Source of the DNA: Eledone cirrhosa
Lineage: Eukaryota
Direction: 5' to 3'
Length of the DNA stretch: 64,000 nt
NCBI GenBank assembly: GCA_964016885.1
Contig: OZ024740.1
Span: 123,070,001-123,134,000 of the forward strand
In this document: in pieces, positions 37,769 to 50,285 of the stretch
How the letters are laid out: the number at the start of each line of letters is the position of its first letter
How positions within the stretch are numbered: the stretch's first letter is position 1
Translations under genes and position numbers: made by a program
The notes under the pieces: model-generated
The model's input: the letters and a program-made list of their open reading frames with translations, nothing else
Databases searched by the model: none
Told to the model about the DNA's origin: nothing

Positions 37769-40700
37769 ATATATATATAATATATATATGTATGTACACA
37801 CACCCACATACACACAAGAAATAAAATGTAATATGTTATGTAAAGCAGTTTATGCATTCACAGGTATCCACATACACTTACATATGTATATATATAGGGA
37901 GACATAAAACAGGAGAAAGATGGGATTGTGTAAAGGTGGAATAACATAATTATCTATCCTGCCTCCGACATATTTGCTCACTTTTCCATAAATGCTACAA
38001 AAAACAACAAAATAATAAAATGAAAATAATGAAAAATCTGATATCTTCTTTGTTGGGAAATGCCACTTTATAATTATCCAGCCTTCACAGGTAATTTGCA
38101 AAACAAATATTGGAGGACAATATATTCAATAGGAAGAAGATTCAATTTCCTATATTGAACTACTCATCTCTTATTTTGATATTGGAGGCTACACGTGTAG
38201 CAAAGTAAACCAGGCATTCATTTATTGAGCACCTGCCAATCTCTCACCATATCTTCATGGTCACAGTATCACATAATCTCTCGTCAAATACATTTGCTTT
38301 TCATAAGTAATATCATGAGTTTCACCGTTTTTCCATTGAAATCTTAACAAGACTGCATTTCCTATGATGTCTTTTCAGAGTAATAGATTTTTCTCTAGTT
38401 CTTACTTAATATCACTTCTTTCCAAGAATGGCACACAAAGCACATATTTATATATATATACACTTGTTGTGTCATCTCTTCCATCTTCAATCCAACATTG
38501 ATAATTTTTTCTCACTCTCCCAATCTATTTATCAATCTTTCTCTCGCACTTAATCACACCCTCACTCTGCTCCCCCTCTCTCTCTCTTTCTCTCTCTCTC
38601 TATATATATGTGTCTCTCTCTCTATGTCACTTTCTTTCTCTCTCCCTACATATATATATATATACACACACACATATTTTATATATAGTTAAATATTTCA
38701 TATTTGATTTATATATATGTTTGATTGTGTGGAAGGTGTAGTGTGTGTGATTGTGTATACAAAGGCATATACATACGCACATATATATTACACACGCTCA
38801 CATACACACCTGTATGTACATACATGTATAATATTTTGTATGCATATATATATATTTATGTATTCAATAATGCCACCATCCCCATACACGCATATATAAT
38901 TTTACATACATATAAGTATAGAGATATACATACACATAAATGCATGTATACTCAAACACACATAATATATTCAGTATGCTTATATTTTCTATAAGCGTTT
39001 GTTTAAGAGATATGAGATAGGTTATTGCATATTGTTGAGCTAAGCCATCCCAATATGGGAAAATAAAATTGACTTTATTCACCTTGCATTATGCACTGTG
39101 TGCAGAACATGAATGACAGATGAGAATATGGTTATTAGTAAGCAGTCAGAAAATAGAAATATTTGCCCATATATACCCAAGCATAGATAAATCTGCATCC
39201 AATATTGGTCACTACTTTGAAAAACATCAACAATTTGTTTAAGAGCAAATGAGGGAGGAGCTTCTATATTTATGTTTGATCTACTGGTATTAGTAACCAA
39301 ATCTTCTTCATATCACACTCTGCTATCTTAAAAGGGGAAGAACACTTTGGTCATTGTACTAATGTTTGTAGGATCCTTCCTAAATAATAGGATGGGATAC
39401 CTTTATTTACAACTATATTCAATAAAATCAGACCTAAGGTTAAACAACAATGAGTACAACAAAAATAATTTTTTTCATCAAAGAAAGGAACCTCTTTCTT
39501 GCTGCCCAAATCTTCAAACTAAACCTATTCAAATCGATGATCATAGCTTGAATTTCGTTGATCTTATCTTTGCTTAGTCAACATCGATTGTGTGCTAAAC
39601 GGAAAATTGAGGAGATTTTATGTAATTATTCAACTTGTTAGAAATAGCAGCCAATCATAATTCAATCTTTATTATCTAAAATATGGAAAATCTCAGAATG
39701 TATTGTACATGAATAAAACTGAAGTTTACTTATTGCTGGAACACTTTTGGTTATATATCTTCTTATTTAGCTGGATATAAACAAAAATAGATTATGTTTA
39801 GTGCTGTTCACTAAATAAACACAAGCCAATATAAAGTCTCCTGATAACATACCTTTCTCAGTAATTCTCACTGTTTTCTTTATGTAAGACAAACAATTGA
39901 ATATTACTCAAATATATAACAGGGTGCTGTTGCTACACACACCAACATCCTATGCAGCTAACAGAAAGAATCCCATTTAAATGACCTCCAATGATTTCTT
40001 CCCAAATCTGCTTCAACTAGTGGCTTGCTGACATGCAATTGCATCTCTTTTCTTATTAATTTGATATGATAATATCCTCTGCTCTTCTGAGCTATCTAAC
40101 TACATACTCTCTCTGTCCATGCCTATCACTTTTCCTTACATTTCCCTTACTGGCACTCACTTCACCACCTTGACACTAAATATTTTGCTTCAAATTTCTT
40201 TTCCAGATTGTAACTCTCTGTAGTTTTCTCCTCATCCACAGATACAATACATGTATATACATCCATCAAATTATATGGATTCATCTATCCATACAATGGA
40301 TTGTTGCTTCAGTTTCAGAGTCAGCCAATGGTTTGGGGTTTCAAGAGGAGGAGGTTTCTACATCATTCAACAGCATTAAATTTGCTTGATGACTGTACAG
40401 TTCTTTTTCCCTTGTTGCATGTCTGCGCAATCACAAGTAATATATATGAATATATACACACAGACATGTACTTTTTATTTATCACTCTTTCTGTCTCTAC
40501 CTGATTTGGGACAGCAGACATAAACATAAAGGAAAAAAAACAGATTATCCATTATTCTATTATCCTTTTATTCTAATAAACTCCACTGATGAGACATATA
40601 CTATTATAGAAACAGTAACACAGATTGCAGATCAAAATTATGAAATAATTTAAATTTCATTAACATTGGTTTTATAAACAAATAGTTTTGAAAGGCTTGA

Positions 40701-40801
40701 AATACAAAAAAGAAAAAAAAAATGTCATTACTGCACTCAATTCTCCCCCTTACAGGAGGAAGAGATACGCAATTGGTGAATTACAGTTATACGTATGTGT
40801 G

Positions 40802-40870
<69 letters not shown>

Positions 40871-41344
40871 TTGAATATAAGTTTATTCGAATATAAGTCA
40901 ACTCCCACCATATTATGTCTGTCAAATGGCCTGTTTTTAAGCCAAGGCAGATAATCAACACATTATGGCTTGGTTTGAAATTTTCATGAATGGAGAAAAT
41001 ATTGACACAATTTTAATATTTTGATATCTAAAATCTGTTTAGTGTATTTTAGAGTAGAAGGGGGAGGAAGAGACAGCAAGCAAGAGAAAGGAGATACAGA
41101 GTGAAAAAAGATATGGCAAGAGGGAGAGAAGGAAAAATAAAGAGGAAGCAAGTGAAATAAAACAAAACAAATAAAAAAAAAAGAAGTATAATCAAGTCAC
41201 AGAGAAAAACATCAGTGCATGTGTGCATGTGTGTATGTGTGCATAACGTTGGAATTATCAGCAAGAAAATATTAGATAAAAAAATGTATACAATTTGATA
41301 TTAATTCATAAATAAGGCATTAATTATGGCCATGAACAATAGTG

Positions 41345-42265
41345 ACCTTACTAGATCCTAAATTGATGTCATCCTTGCAGCCCAAAAAACCTTAATTACT
41401 TTTGAAGATCAATTATGGACCCGCAAGGATACACATAACAACTTTGACATAACAATGGGGTCTAGTGACTCGGCGCAGGTCACCGATTTGGTCGGCCTAT
41501 ATCTCTTAAATGAAATCCATAAGAACCTATGGTGGTTTATACCGCGATGATGCACTACTTCTTATTGACTATAACAAATTTAATATAGAAATAACTAGGA
41601 AACAATTACATAACATTTTCAAAAAATACAACTTAGGTATCACCTTAGATAAAAACACTAAAAACGTTAACTTCCTTGATGTTACCCTTTACCTGGACTC
41701 TAAAATATATACACCCTTTCATAAACCAAACGAAAACTACTTTACGTAGATGTCAACTCTAAACACCCTAAATCTATATTAAACTCAATTACTAAAGGAA
41801 TATCAACTAGAATTTCTAATCTATCATATAACGAAACCATATTTAACAATAATTCACAATACTATAATGAGGCCTTAGCTATATCAGGACATAAAAATGA
41901 GATTAAATTTCTATCTATAAAATCACCTAGCTACAACATTATTTCTCACAATATGGCCATGAGAAAAAAATAATAAAAGTACTAGTCGCTCTAACTCTAA
42001 TACATAGGGTAATGTGAAAATTAACTCGCACCAGAATAAACACCACAATAATAGTATAAACAGAAATATAAACAACACTTAAAATAAAATTACAAAAAAC
42101 AGAAATAGAAGAACTAATACATTCTTCAATCCCCCTTTCAATCTAAACGTCTCTACCAACTTACCGAAGGCTTTCTTCTCAATCCTAGAAAAAAACTTCC
42201 CAGCCGGCCACAAATACCATAATCTCATCAATAAAAATACCATATTATATATGCCTAATACCATT
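41345..42265 (+). mobile_element. Decayed Penelope-like RT fragment of a second clade (Nematis-like by recollection)
   Basis: FDITMGSSDSAQVTDLVGLYLL, GGLYRDDALL, VNFLDVTL, PFHKPN, FFNPPFNLNVSTN..KNFPAGHKYH. Confidence 0.75.
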
Positions 42266-42790
42266 GCTTGTTTCCTTCCTGTATATGACTAATGCATTTG
42301 CACTCTCTTAACGCTTGCATATGTACTGCTAGTGTCCTCATTTTACGAGTAACTTTCTACCTTAATGCCTCTTTAATTGTTAAACTATTCCCTTATAATC
42401 TCTGTCGCTTGCATTCCAATCTGTACCTTTATAATTTTTAATTTTAATTATTGTACGATTTTCTTCTAATCTATGTCGCATCCATTCCACCCTGTAAACA
42501 CAAACCTGTGGTGACAACATTAATATCCATGTATCTATATGATTGTTCAGTTGAATAGAAGGTTAATTATATGTAGAAACATTGCTACTGCTCCGATGAT
42601 TCCAAACAATAGTTTATTGTCAGCAATAAAATGATTTGAACATAGCTTTGATTAGTGTGTAATTTATATTCCGGCTCTGTAAAACATCTCATGTATTTAC
42701 ATTGAGCTATTTTTTCTTACTGATAATAAGGTAGTAATAAATTACTGACCTTTCCTGTTTATAGATGTATATAGTGTATACATAACTATA

Positions 42791-42799
<9 letters not shown>

Positions 42800-42826
<27 letters not shown>

Positions 42827-43259
42827 CGTTTCTGAATTTGTTTAGCAAGATTCTTTATCTGAAATCGTGTGTTGAAACCGATATTGTTATACTTTGGGAG
42901 GGTCATGTTGCCAATAAGAAACACACGCACCAGTAGATTTCACTTCAATTTATTATAATAAATTTATAAATTTATAAATTTCTGGTTGGTTGATTGGTTC
43001 CACAACCAGATAGTTGTTTATATATAGTCATAGTTCTTTCGTCACACACTATGTGACCTCTTCAGTGACTGGGGATTCCTTTCTTTGTTTCTGTGCCTCT
43101 CCTTTGTTCTGTCCTACGCCAATTTGTTTCTGTGTGTGTCACACACAGAAACAAAATGGCGTAGGACAGAATATAAATTTATAAATTTATTATAATAAAT
43201 TGAAGTGAAAGCAGCTGGTGCGTGTGTTTCTTATTGGCAAAATGACCCTCCCAAAGTAT

Positions 43260-43265
<6 letters not shown>
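42800..43265. repeat. Fold-back copy of repeat family C between (TA)n tracts; right arm internally deleted
   Basis: Palindromic centre TTCTGTCCTACGCC..GTTTCTGTGTGT-GTC-ACACACAGAAAC..GGCGTAGGACAGAA (~43139). Arms share CTTTGGGAGGGTCAT / ATGACCCTCCCAAAG with 3610-4027. Confidence 0.8.
43026..43070 (-). ncRNA. Minimal type I hammerhead ribozyme (family C)
   Basis: Minus strand AGTCA-CTGAAGA-G-GTCACA-TAGTG-TGTGAC-GAAA-GAAC-TA-TGACT. Perfect stems I and II, minimal stem III. Confidence 0.7.
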
Positions 43266-43300
<35 letters not shown>

Positions 43301-43303
<3 letters not shown>

Positions 43304-43417
43304 AAACAAAATGAAAACGAAATTTCATTTCTCACTCTTAGTATGGCACTTACTTAAATGTAAGTATGCATGTATACGTACATACATATATGTATACAGA
43401 CGTACAGTAGCATGCAC

Positions 43418-43450
<33 letters not shown>

Positions 43451-43891
43451 TATACATATGCATACAGGTACACATACATATATGCACGTATCAGTTTAGC
43501 GGCGCTAACGTCGCTTTGTTCGTTTGTAAACAAACTGAACAGCCTGAATTTATGCCATACGGTGTTAAGGCAACCACGTCACCTTTTTGTTCAACACTGA
43601 CACAGGAACGATGTACTAGTTTCAAGCTTGTTAGCTATCATCAGCACCGTTTACCCATCTGCCAGATAGTTGAACGTTCGAAAGTATATACTTTCCTTAT
43701 GAAAATTAACGGCTGAGCAGCCTAATTTGCATATTGAGTGAGTTAAATCGGTTAGGCATACCGAAAACGATAAATTGAAACAAAATGAAAACGAAATTTC
43801 ATTTCTCACTCTTAGTATGGCACTTACTTAAATGTAAGTATGCATGTATACGTACATACATATATGTATACAGACGTACAGTAGCATGCAC

Positions 43892-43924
<33 letters not shown>

Positions 43925-44383
43925 TATACATATGCATACAGGTACACATACATATATGCACGTATCAGTTTAGCGGCGCTAACGTCGCTTTGTTCGTTTG
44001 TAAACAAACTGAACAGCCTGAATTTATGCCATACGGTGTTAAGGCAACCACGTCACCTTTTTGTGTTTTTTTTTTTTTTTGTTCAACACTGACACAGGAA
44101 CGATGTACTAGTTTCAAGCTTGTTAGCTATCATCAGCACCGTTTACCCATCTGCCAGATAGTTGAACGTTCGAAAGTATATACTTTCCTTATGAAAATTA
44201 ACGGCTGAGCAGCCTAATTTGCATATTGAGTGAGTTAAATCGGTTAGGCATACCGAAAACGATAAATTGAAACAAAATGAAAACGAAATTTCATTTCTCA
44301 CTCTTAGTATGGCACTTACTTAAATGTAAGTATGCATGTATACGTACATACATATATGTATACAGACGTACAGTAGCATGCAC

Positions 44384-44416
<33 letters not shown>

Positions 44417-44857
44417 TATACATATGCATACAGGTACACATACATATATGCACGTATCAGTTTAGCGGCGCTAACGTCGCTTTGTTCGTTTGTAAACAAA
44501 CTGAACAGCCTGAATTTATGCCATACGGTGTTAAGGCAACCACGTCACCTTTTTGTTCAACACTGACACAGGAACGATGTACTAGTTTCAAGCTTGTTAG
44601 CTATCATCAGCACCGTTTACCCATCTGCCAGATAGTTGAACGTTCGAAAGTATATACTTTCCTTATGAAAATTAACGGCTGAGCAGCCTAATTTGCATAT
44701 TGAGTGAGTTAAATCGGTTAGGCATACCGAAAACGATAAATTGAAACAAAATGAAAACGAAATTTCATTTCTCACTCTTAGTATGGCACTTACTTAAATG
44801 TAAGTATGCATGTATACGTACATACATATATGTATACAGACGTACAGTAGCATGCAC

Positions 44858-44890
<33 letters not shown>

Positions 44891-45331
44891 TATACATATG
44901 CATACAGGTACACATACATATATGCACGTATCAGTTTAGCGGCGCTAACGTCGCTTTGTTCGTTTGTAAACAAACTGAACAGCCTGAATTTATGCCATAC
45001 GGTGTTAAGGCAACCACGTCACCTTTTTGTTCAACACTGACACAGGAACGATGTACTAGTTTCAAGCTTGTTAGCTATCATCAGCACCGTTTACCCATCT
45101 GCCAGATAGTTGAACGTTCGAAAGTATATACTTTCCTTATGAAAATTAACGGCTGAGCAGCCTAATTTGCATATTGAGTGAGTTAAATCGGTTAGGCATA
45201 CCGAAAACGATAAATTGAAACAAAATGAAAACGAAATTTCATTTCTCACTCTTAGTATGGCACTTACTTAAATGTAAGTATGCATGTATACGTACATACA
45301 TATATGTATACAGACGTACAGTAGCATGCAC

Positions 45332-45364
<33 letters not shown>

Positions 45365-45805
45365 TATACATATGCATACAGGTACACATACATATATGCA
45401 CGTATCAGTTTAGCGGCGCTAACGTCGCTTTGTTCGTTTGTAAACAAACTGAACAGCCTGAATTTATGCCATACGGTGTTAAGGCAACCACGTCACCTTT
45501 TTGTTCAACACTGACACAGGAACGATGTACTAGTTTCAAGCTTGTTAGCTATCATCAGCACCGTTTACCCATCTGCCAGATAGTTGAACGTTCGAAAGTA
45601 TATACTTTCCTTATGAAAATTAACGGCTGAGCAGCCTAATTTGCATATTGAGTGAGTTAAATCGGTTAGGCATACCGAAAACGATAAATTGAAACAAAAT
45701 GAAAACGAAATTTCATTTCTCACTCTTAGTATGGCACTTACTTAAATGTAAGTATGCATGTATACGTACATACATATATGTATACAGACGTACAGTAGCA
45801 TGCAC

Positions 45806-45838
<33 letters not shown>

Positions 45839-46114
45839 TATACATATGCATACAGGTACACATACATATATGCACGTATCAGTTTAGCGGCGCTAACGTC
45901 GCTTTGTTCGTTTGTAAACAAACTGAACAGCCTGAATTTATGCCATACGGTGTTAAGGCAACCACGTCACCTTTTTGTTCAACACTGACACAGGAACGAT
46001 GTACTAGTTTCAAGCTTGTTAGCTATCATCAGCACCGTTTACCCATCTGCCAGATAGTTGAACGTTCGAAAGTATATACTTTCCTTATGAAAATTAACGG
46101 CTGAGCAGCCTAAT
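43301..46114 (-). repeat. 474-bp tandem array, left arm (about 5.9 units, 6 hammerheads on the minus strand)
   Basis: Unit markers at 43311, 43785, 44277, 44751, 45225 and 45699 (period 474; one unit is 492). Hammerheads start at 43607, 44099, 44573, 45047, 45521 and 45995, each 45 nt. Confidence 0.97.
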
Positions 46115-46121
46115 ACATATA

Positions 46122-46543
46122 TGTATACATATATGTATGTACGTATACATGCATACTTACATTTAAGTAAGTGCCATACTAAGAGTGAGAAATGAAATTT
46201 CGTTTTCATTTTGTTTCAATTTATCGTTTTCGGTATGCCTAACCGATTTAACTCACTCAATATGCAAATTAGGCTGCTCAGCCGTTAATTTTCATAAGGA
46301 AAGTATATACTTTCGAACGTTCAACTATCTGGCAGATGGGTAAACGGTGCTGATGATAGCTAACAAGCTTGAAACTAGTACATCGTTCCTGTGTCAGTGT
46401 TGAACAAAAAGGTGACGTGGTTGCCTTAACACCGTATGGCATAAATTCAGGCTGTTCAGTTTGTTTACAAACGAACAAAGCGACGTTAGCGCCGCTAAAC
46501 TGATACGTGCATATATGTATGTGTACCTGTATGCATATGTATA

Positions 46544-46576
<33 letters not shown>

Positions 46577-47017
46577 GTGCATGCTACTGTACGTCTGTAT
46601 ACATATATGTATGTACGTATACATGCATACTTACATTTAAGTAAGTGCCATACTAAGAGTGAGAAATGAAATTTCGTTTTCATTTTGTTTCAATTTATCG
46701 TTTTCGGTATGCCTAACCGATTTAACTCACTCAATATGCAAATTAGGCTGCTCAGCCGTTAATTTTCATAAGGAAAGTATATACTTTCGAACGTTCAACT
46801 ATCTGGCAGATGGGTAAACGGTGCTGATGATAGCTAACAAGCTTGAAACTAGTACATCGTTCCTGTGTCAGTGTTGAACAAAAAGGTGACGTGGTTGCCT
46901 TAACACCGTATGGCATAAATTCAGGCTGTTCAGTTTGTTTACAAACGAACAAAGCGACGTTAGCGCCGCTAAACTGATACGTGCATATATGTATGTGTAC
47001 CTGTATGCATATGTATA

Positions 47018-47050
<33 letters not shown>

Positions 47051-47491
47051 GTGCATGCTACTGTACGTCTGTATACATATATGTATGTACGTATACATGC
47101 ATACTTACATTTAAGTAAGTGCCATACTAAGAGTGAGAAATGAAATTTCGTTTTCATTTTGTTTCAATTTATCGTTTTCGGTATGCCTAACCGATTTAAC
47201 TCACTCAATATGCAAATTAGGCTGCTCAGCCGTTAATTTTCATAAGGAAAGTATATACTTTCGAACGTTCAACTATCTGGCAGATGGGTAAACGGTGCTG
47301 ATGATAGCTAACAAGCTTGAAACTAGTACATCGTTCCTGTGTCAGTGTTGAACAAAAAGGTGACGTGGTTGCCTTAACACCGTATGGCATAAATTCAGGC
47401 TGTTCAGTTTGTTTACAAACGAACAAAGCGACGTTAGCGCCGCTAAACTGATACGTGCATATATGTATGTGTACCTGTATGCATATGTATA

Positions 47492-47524
<33 letters not shown>

Positions 47525-47965
47525 GTGCATGCTACTGTACGTCTGTATACATATATGTATGTACGTATACATGCATACTTACATTTAAGTAAGTGCCATA
47601 CTAAGAGTGAGAAATGAAATTTCGTTTTCATTTTGTTTCAATTTATCGTTTTCGGTATGCCTAACCGATTTAACTCACTCAATATGCAAATTAGGCTGCT
47701 CAGCCGTTAATTTTCATAAGGAAAGTATATACTTTCGAACGTTCAACTATCTGGCAGATGGGTAAACGGTGCTGATGATAGCTAACAAGCTTGAAACTAG
47801 TACATCGTTCCTGTGTCAGTGTTGAACAAAAAGGTGACGTGGTTGCCTTAACACCGTATGGCATAAATTCAGGCTGTTCAGTTTGTTTACAAACGAACAA
47901 AGCGACGTTAGCGCCGCTAAACTGATACGTGCATATATGTATGTGTACCTGTATGCATATGTATA

Positions 47966-47998
<33 letters not shown>

Positions 47999-48439
47999 GT
48001 GCATGCTACTGTACGTCTGTATACATATATGTATGTACGTATACATGCATACTTACATTTAAGTAAGTGCCATACTAAGAGTGAGAAATGAAATTTCGTT
48101 TTCATTTTGTTTCAATTTATCGTTTTCGGTATGCCTAACCGATTTAACTCACTCAATATGCAAATTAGGCTGCTCAGCCGTTAATTTTCATAAGGAAAGT
48201 ATATACTTTCGAACGTTCAACTATCTGGCAGATGGGTAAACGGTGCTGATGATAGCTAACAAGCTTGAAACTAGTACATCGTTCCTGTGTCAGTGTTGAA
48301 CAAAAAGGTGACGTGGTTGCCTTAACACCGTATGGCATAAATTCAGGCTGTTCAGTTTGTTTACAAACGAACAAAGCGACGTTAGCGCCGCTAAACTGAT
48401 ACGTGCATATATGTATGTGTACCTGTATGCATATGTATA

Positions 48440-48472
<33 letters not shown>

Positions 48473-48913
48473 GTGCATGCTACTGTACGTCTGTATACAT
48501 ATATGTATGTACGTATACATGCATACTTACATTTAAGTAAGTGCCATACTAAGAGTGAGAAATGAAATTTCGTTTTCATTTTGTTTCAATTTATCGTTTT
48601 CGGTATGCCTAACCGATTTAACTCACTCAATATGCAAATTAGGCTGCTCAGCCGTTAATTTTCATAAGGAAAGTATATACTTTCGAACGTTCAACTATCT
48701 GGCAGATGGGTAAACGGTGCTGATGATAGCTAACAAGCTTGAAACTAGTACATCGTTCCTGTGTCAGTGTTGAACAAAAAGGTGACGTGGTTGCCTTAAC
48801 ACCGTATGGCATAAATTCAGGCTGTTCAGTTTGTTTACAAACGAACAAAGCGACGTTAGCGCCGCTAAACTGATACGTGCATATATGTATGTGTACCTGT
48901 ATGCATATGTATA

Positions 48914-48946
<33 letters not shown>

Positions 48947-49387
48947 GTGCATGCTACTGTACGTCTGTATACATATATGTATGTACGTATACATGCATAC
49001 TTACATTTAAGTAAGTGCCATACTAAGAATGAGAAATGAAATTTCGTTTTCATTTTGTTTCAATTTATCGTTTTCGGTATGCCTAACCGATTTAACTCAC
49101 TCAATATGCAAATTAGGCTGCTCAGCCGTTAATTTTCATAAGGAAAGTATATACTTTCGAACGTTCAACTATCTGGCAGATGGGTAAACGGTGCTGATGA
49201 TAGCTAACAAGCTTGAAACTAGTACATCGTTCCTGTGTCAGTGTTGAACAAAAAGGTGACGTGGTTGCCTTAACACCGTATGGCATAAATTCAGGCTGTT
49301 CAGTTTGTTTACAAACGAACAAAGCGACGTTAGCGCCGCTAAACTGATACGTGCATATATGTATGTGTACCTGTATGCATATGTATA

Positions 49388-49420
<33 letters not shown>

Positions 49421-49861
49421 GTGCATGCTACTGTACGTCTGTATACATATATGTATGTACGTATACATGCATACTTACATTTAAGTAAGTGCCATACTAA
49501 GAGTGAGAAATGAAATTTCGTTTTCATTTTGTTTCAATTTATAGTTTTCGGTATGCCTAACCGATTTAACTCACTCAATATGCAAATTAGGCTGCTCAGC
49601 CGTTAATTTTCATAAGGAAAGTATATACTTTCGAACGTTCAACTATCTGGCAGATGGGTAAACGGTGCTGATGATAGCTAACAAGCTTGAAACTAGTACA
49701 TCGTTCCTGTGTCAGTGTTGAACAAAAAGGTGACGTGGTTGCCTTAACACCGTATGGCATAAATTCAGGCTGTTCAGTTTGTTTACAAACGAACAAAGCG
49801 ACGTTAGCGCCGCTAAACTGATACGTGCATATATGTATGTGTACCTGTATGCATATGTATA

Positions 49862-49894
<33 letters not shown>

Positions 49895-49949
49895 GTGCAT
49901 GCTACTGTACGTCTGTATACATATATGTATGTACGTATACATGCATACT

Positions 49950-49953
<4 letters not shown>
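46122..49953 (+). repeat. 474-bp tandem array, right arm, inverted (about 8.1 units, 8 hammerheads on the plus strand)
   Basis: Reverse complement of the left-arm unit. Hammerheads start at 46343, 46817, 47291, 47765, 48239, 48713, 49187 and 49661. Confidence 0.97.
46343..46387 (+). ncRNA. Type I hammerhead ribozyme (family A; representative of 14 copies)
   Basis: AACGGTG-CTGATGA-T-AGCT-AACA-AGCT-T-GAAA-CTAG-TA-CATCGTT: 7-bp stem I, intact core, stem II, palindromic stem III ACTAGT. Predicted cleavage after GUA at 46380. Confidence 0.85.
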
Positions 49954-49991
<38 letters not shown>

Positions 49992-49992
49992 A

Positions 49993-50285
49993 TTAGGAAA
50001 AAATGAAATTTCATTTCTCACTCTTAGTACGACTGATACTTAAATATAAGTATGTACACGTGCATACATATATGTATTACATACGTACAGTAGTATGTAT
50101 ATACATACATGCACATATATATATATGTACGTATGGGTTTGCCGAACATTTATTAAAATGATAGTTTGTTTGTAAACAAACAACCCGAATTGTTAGCTGT
50201 ACAGTGTGTTCGGCAACCATCGTTGCCATTTTGTTCAACAGTGACAAAGGAACGGTGAACTAGTTTCTAGCTTATTAGCTGATGA
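49993..50285 (-). repeat. Diverged partial monomer related to the 474-bp unit
   Basis: Shares GAAATTTCATTTCTCACTCTTAGTA, TTTGTAAACAAAC and TTGTTCAACA..GGAACG(G/A)TG..CTAGTTTC. Another fragment lies in the opposite orientation at about 53532-53660. Confidence 0.8.

Noticed and set aside
40580-40625. CTGATGAG..TATA..TATA-GAAACAGTA hammerhead-like motif
   Set aside because: Core words are present but stem I does not pair. At best a heavily decayed copy.
37850-41300. Numerous 60-90 aa ORFs in AT-rich, microsatellite DNA
   Set aside because: Low complexity, with no motifs or exon evidence.
42585-42660. CCGATGA..TTTGAACATAGCT downstream of the second PLE
   Set aside because: Core too degenerate to call.
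43311-49942. Repeated 62, 66 and 76 aa ORFs in the 474-bp array
   Set aside because: They cross (TA)n/(CA)n microsatellite, giving YIYI runs, and have no domain. They are by-products of the non-coding repeat.
43301-49953. CRISPR-like or rDNA/snRNA gene array interpretation
   Set aside because: No variable spacers and the context is eukaryotic. No recognisable 5S, U-snRNA or tRNA sequence in the unit.
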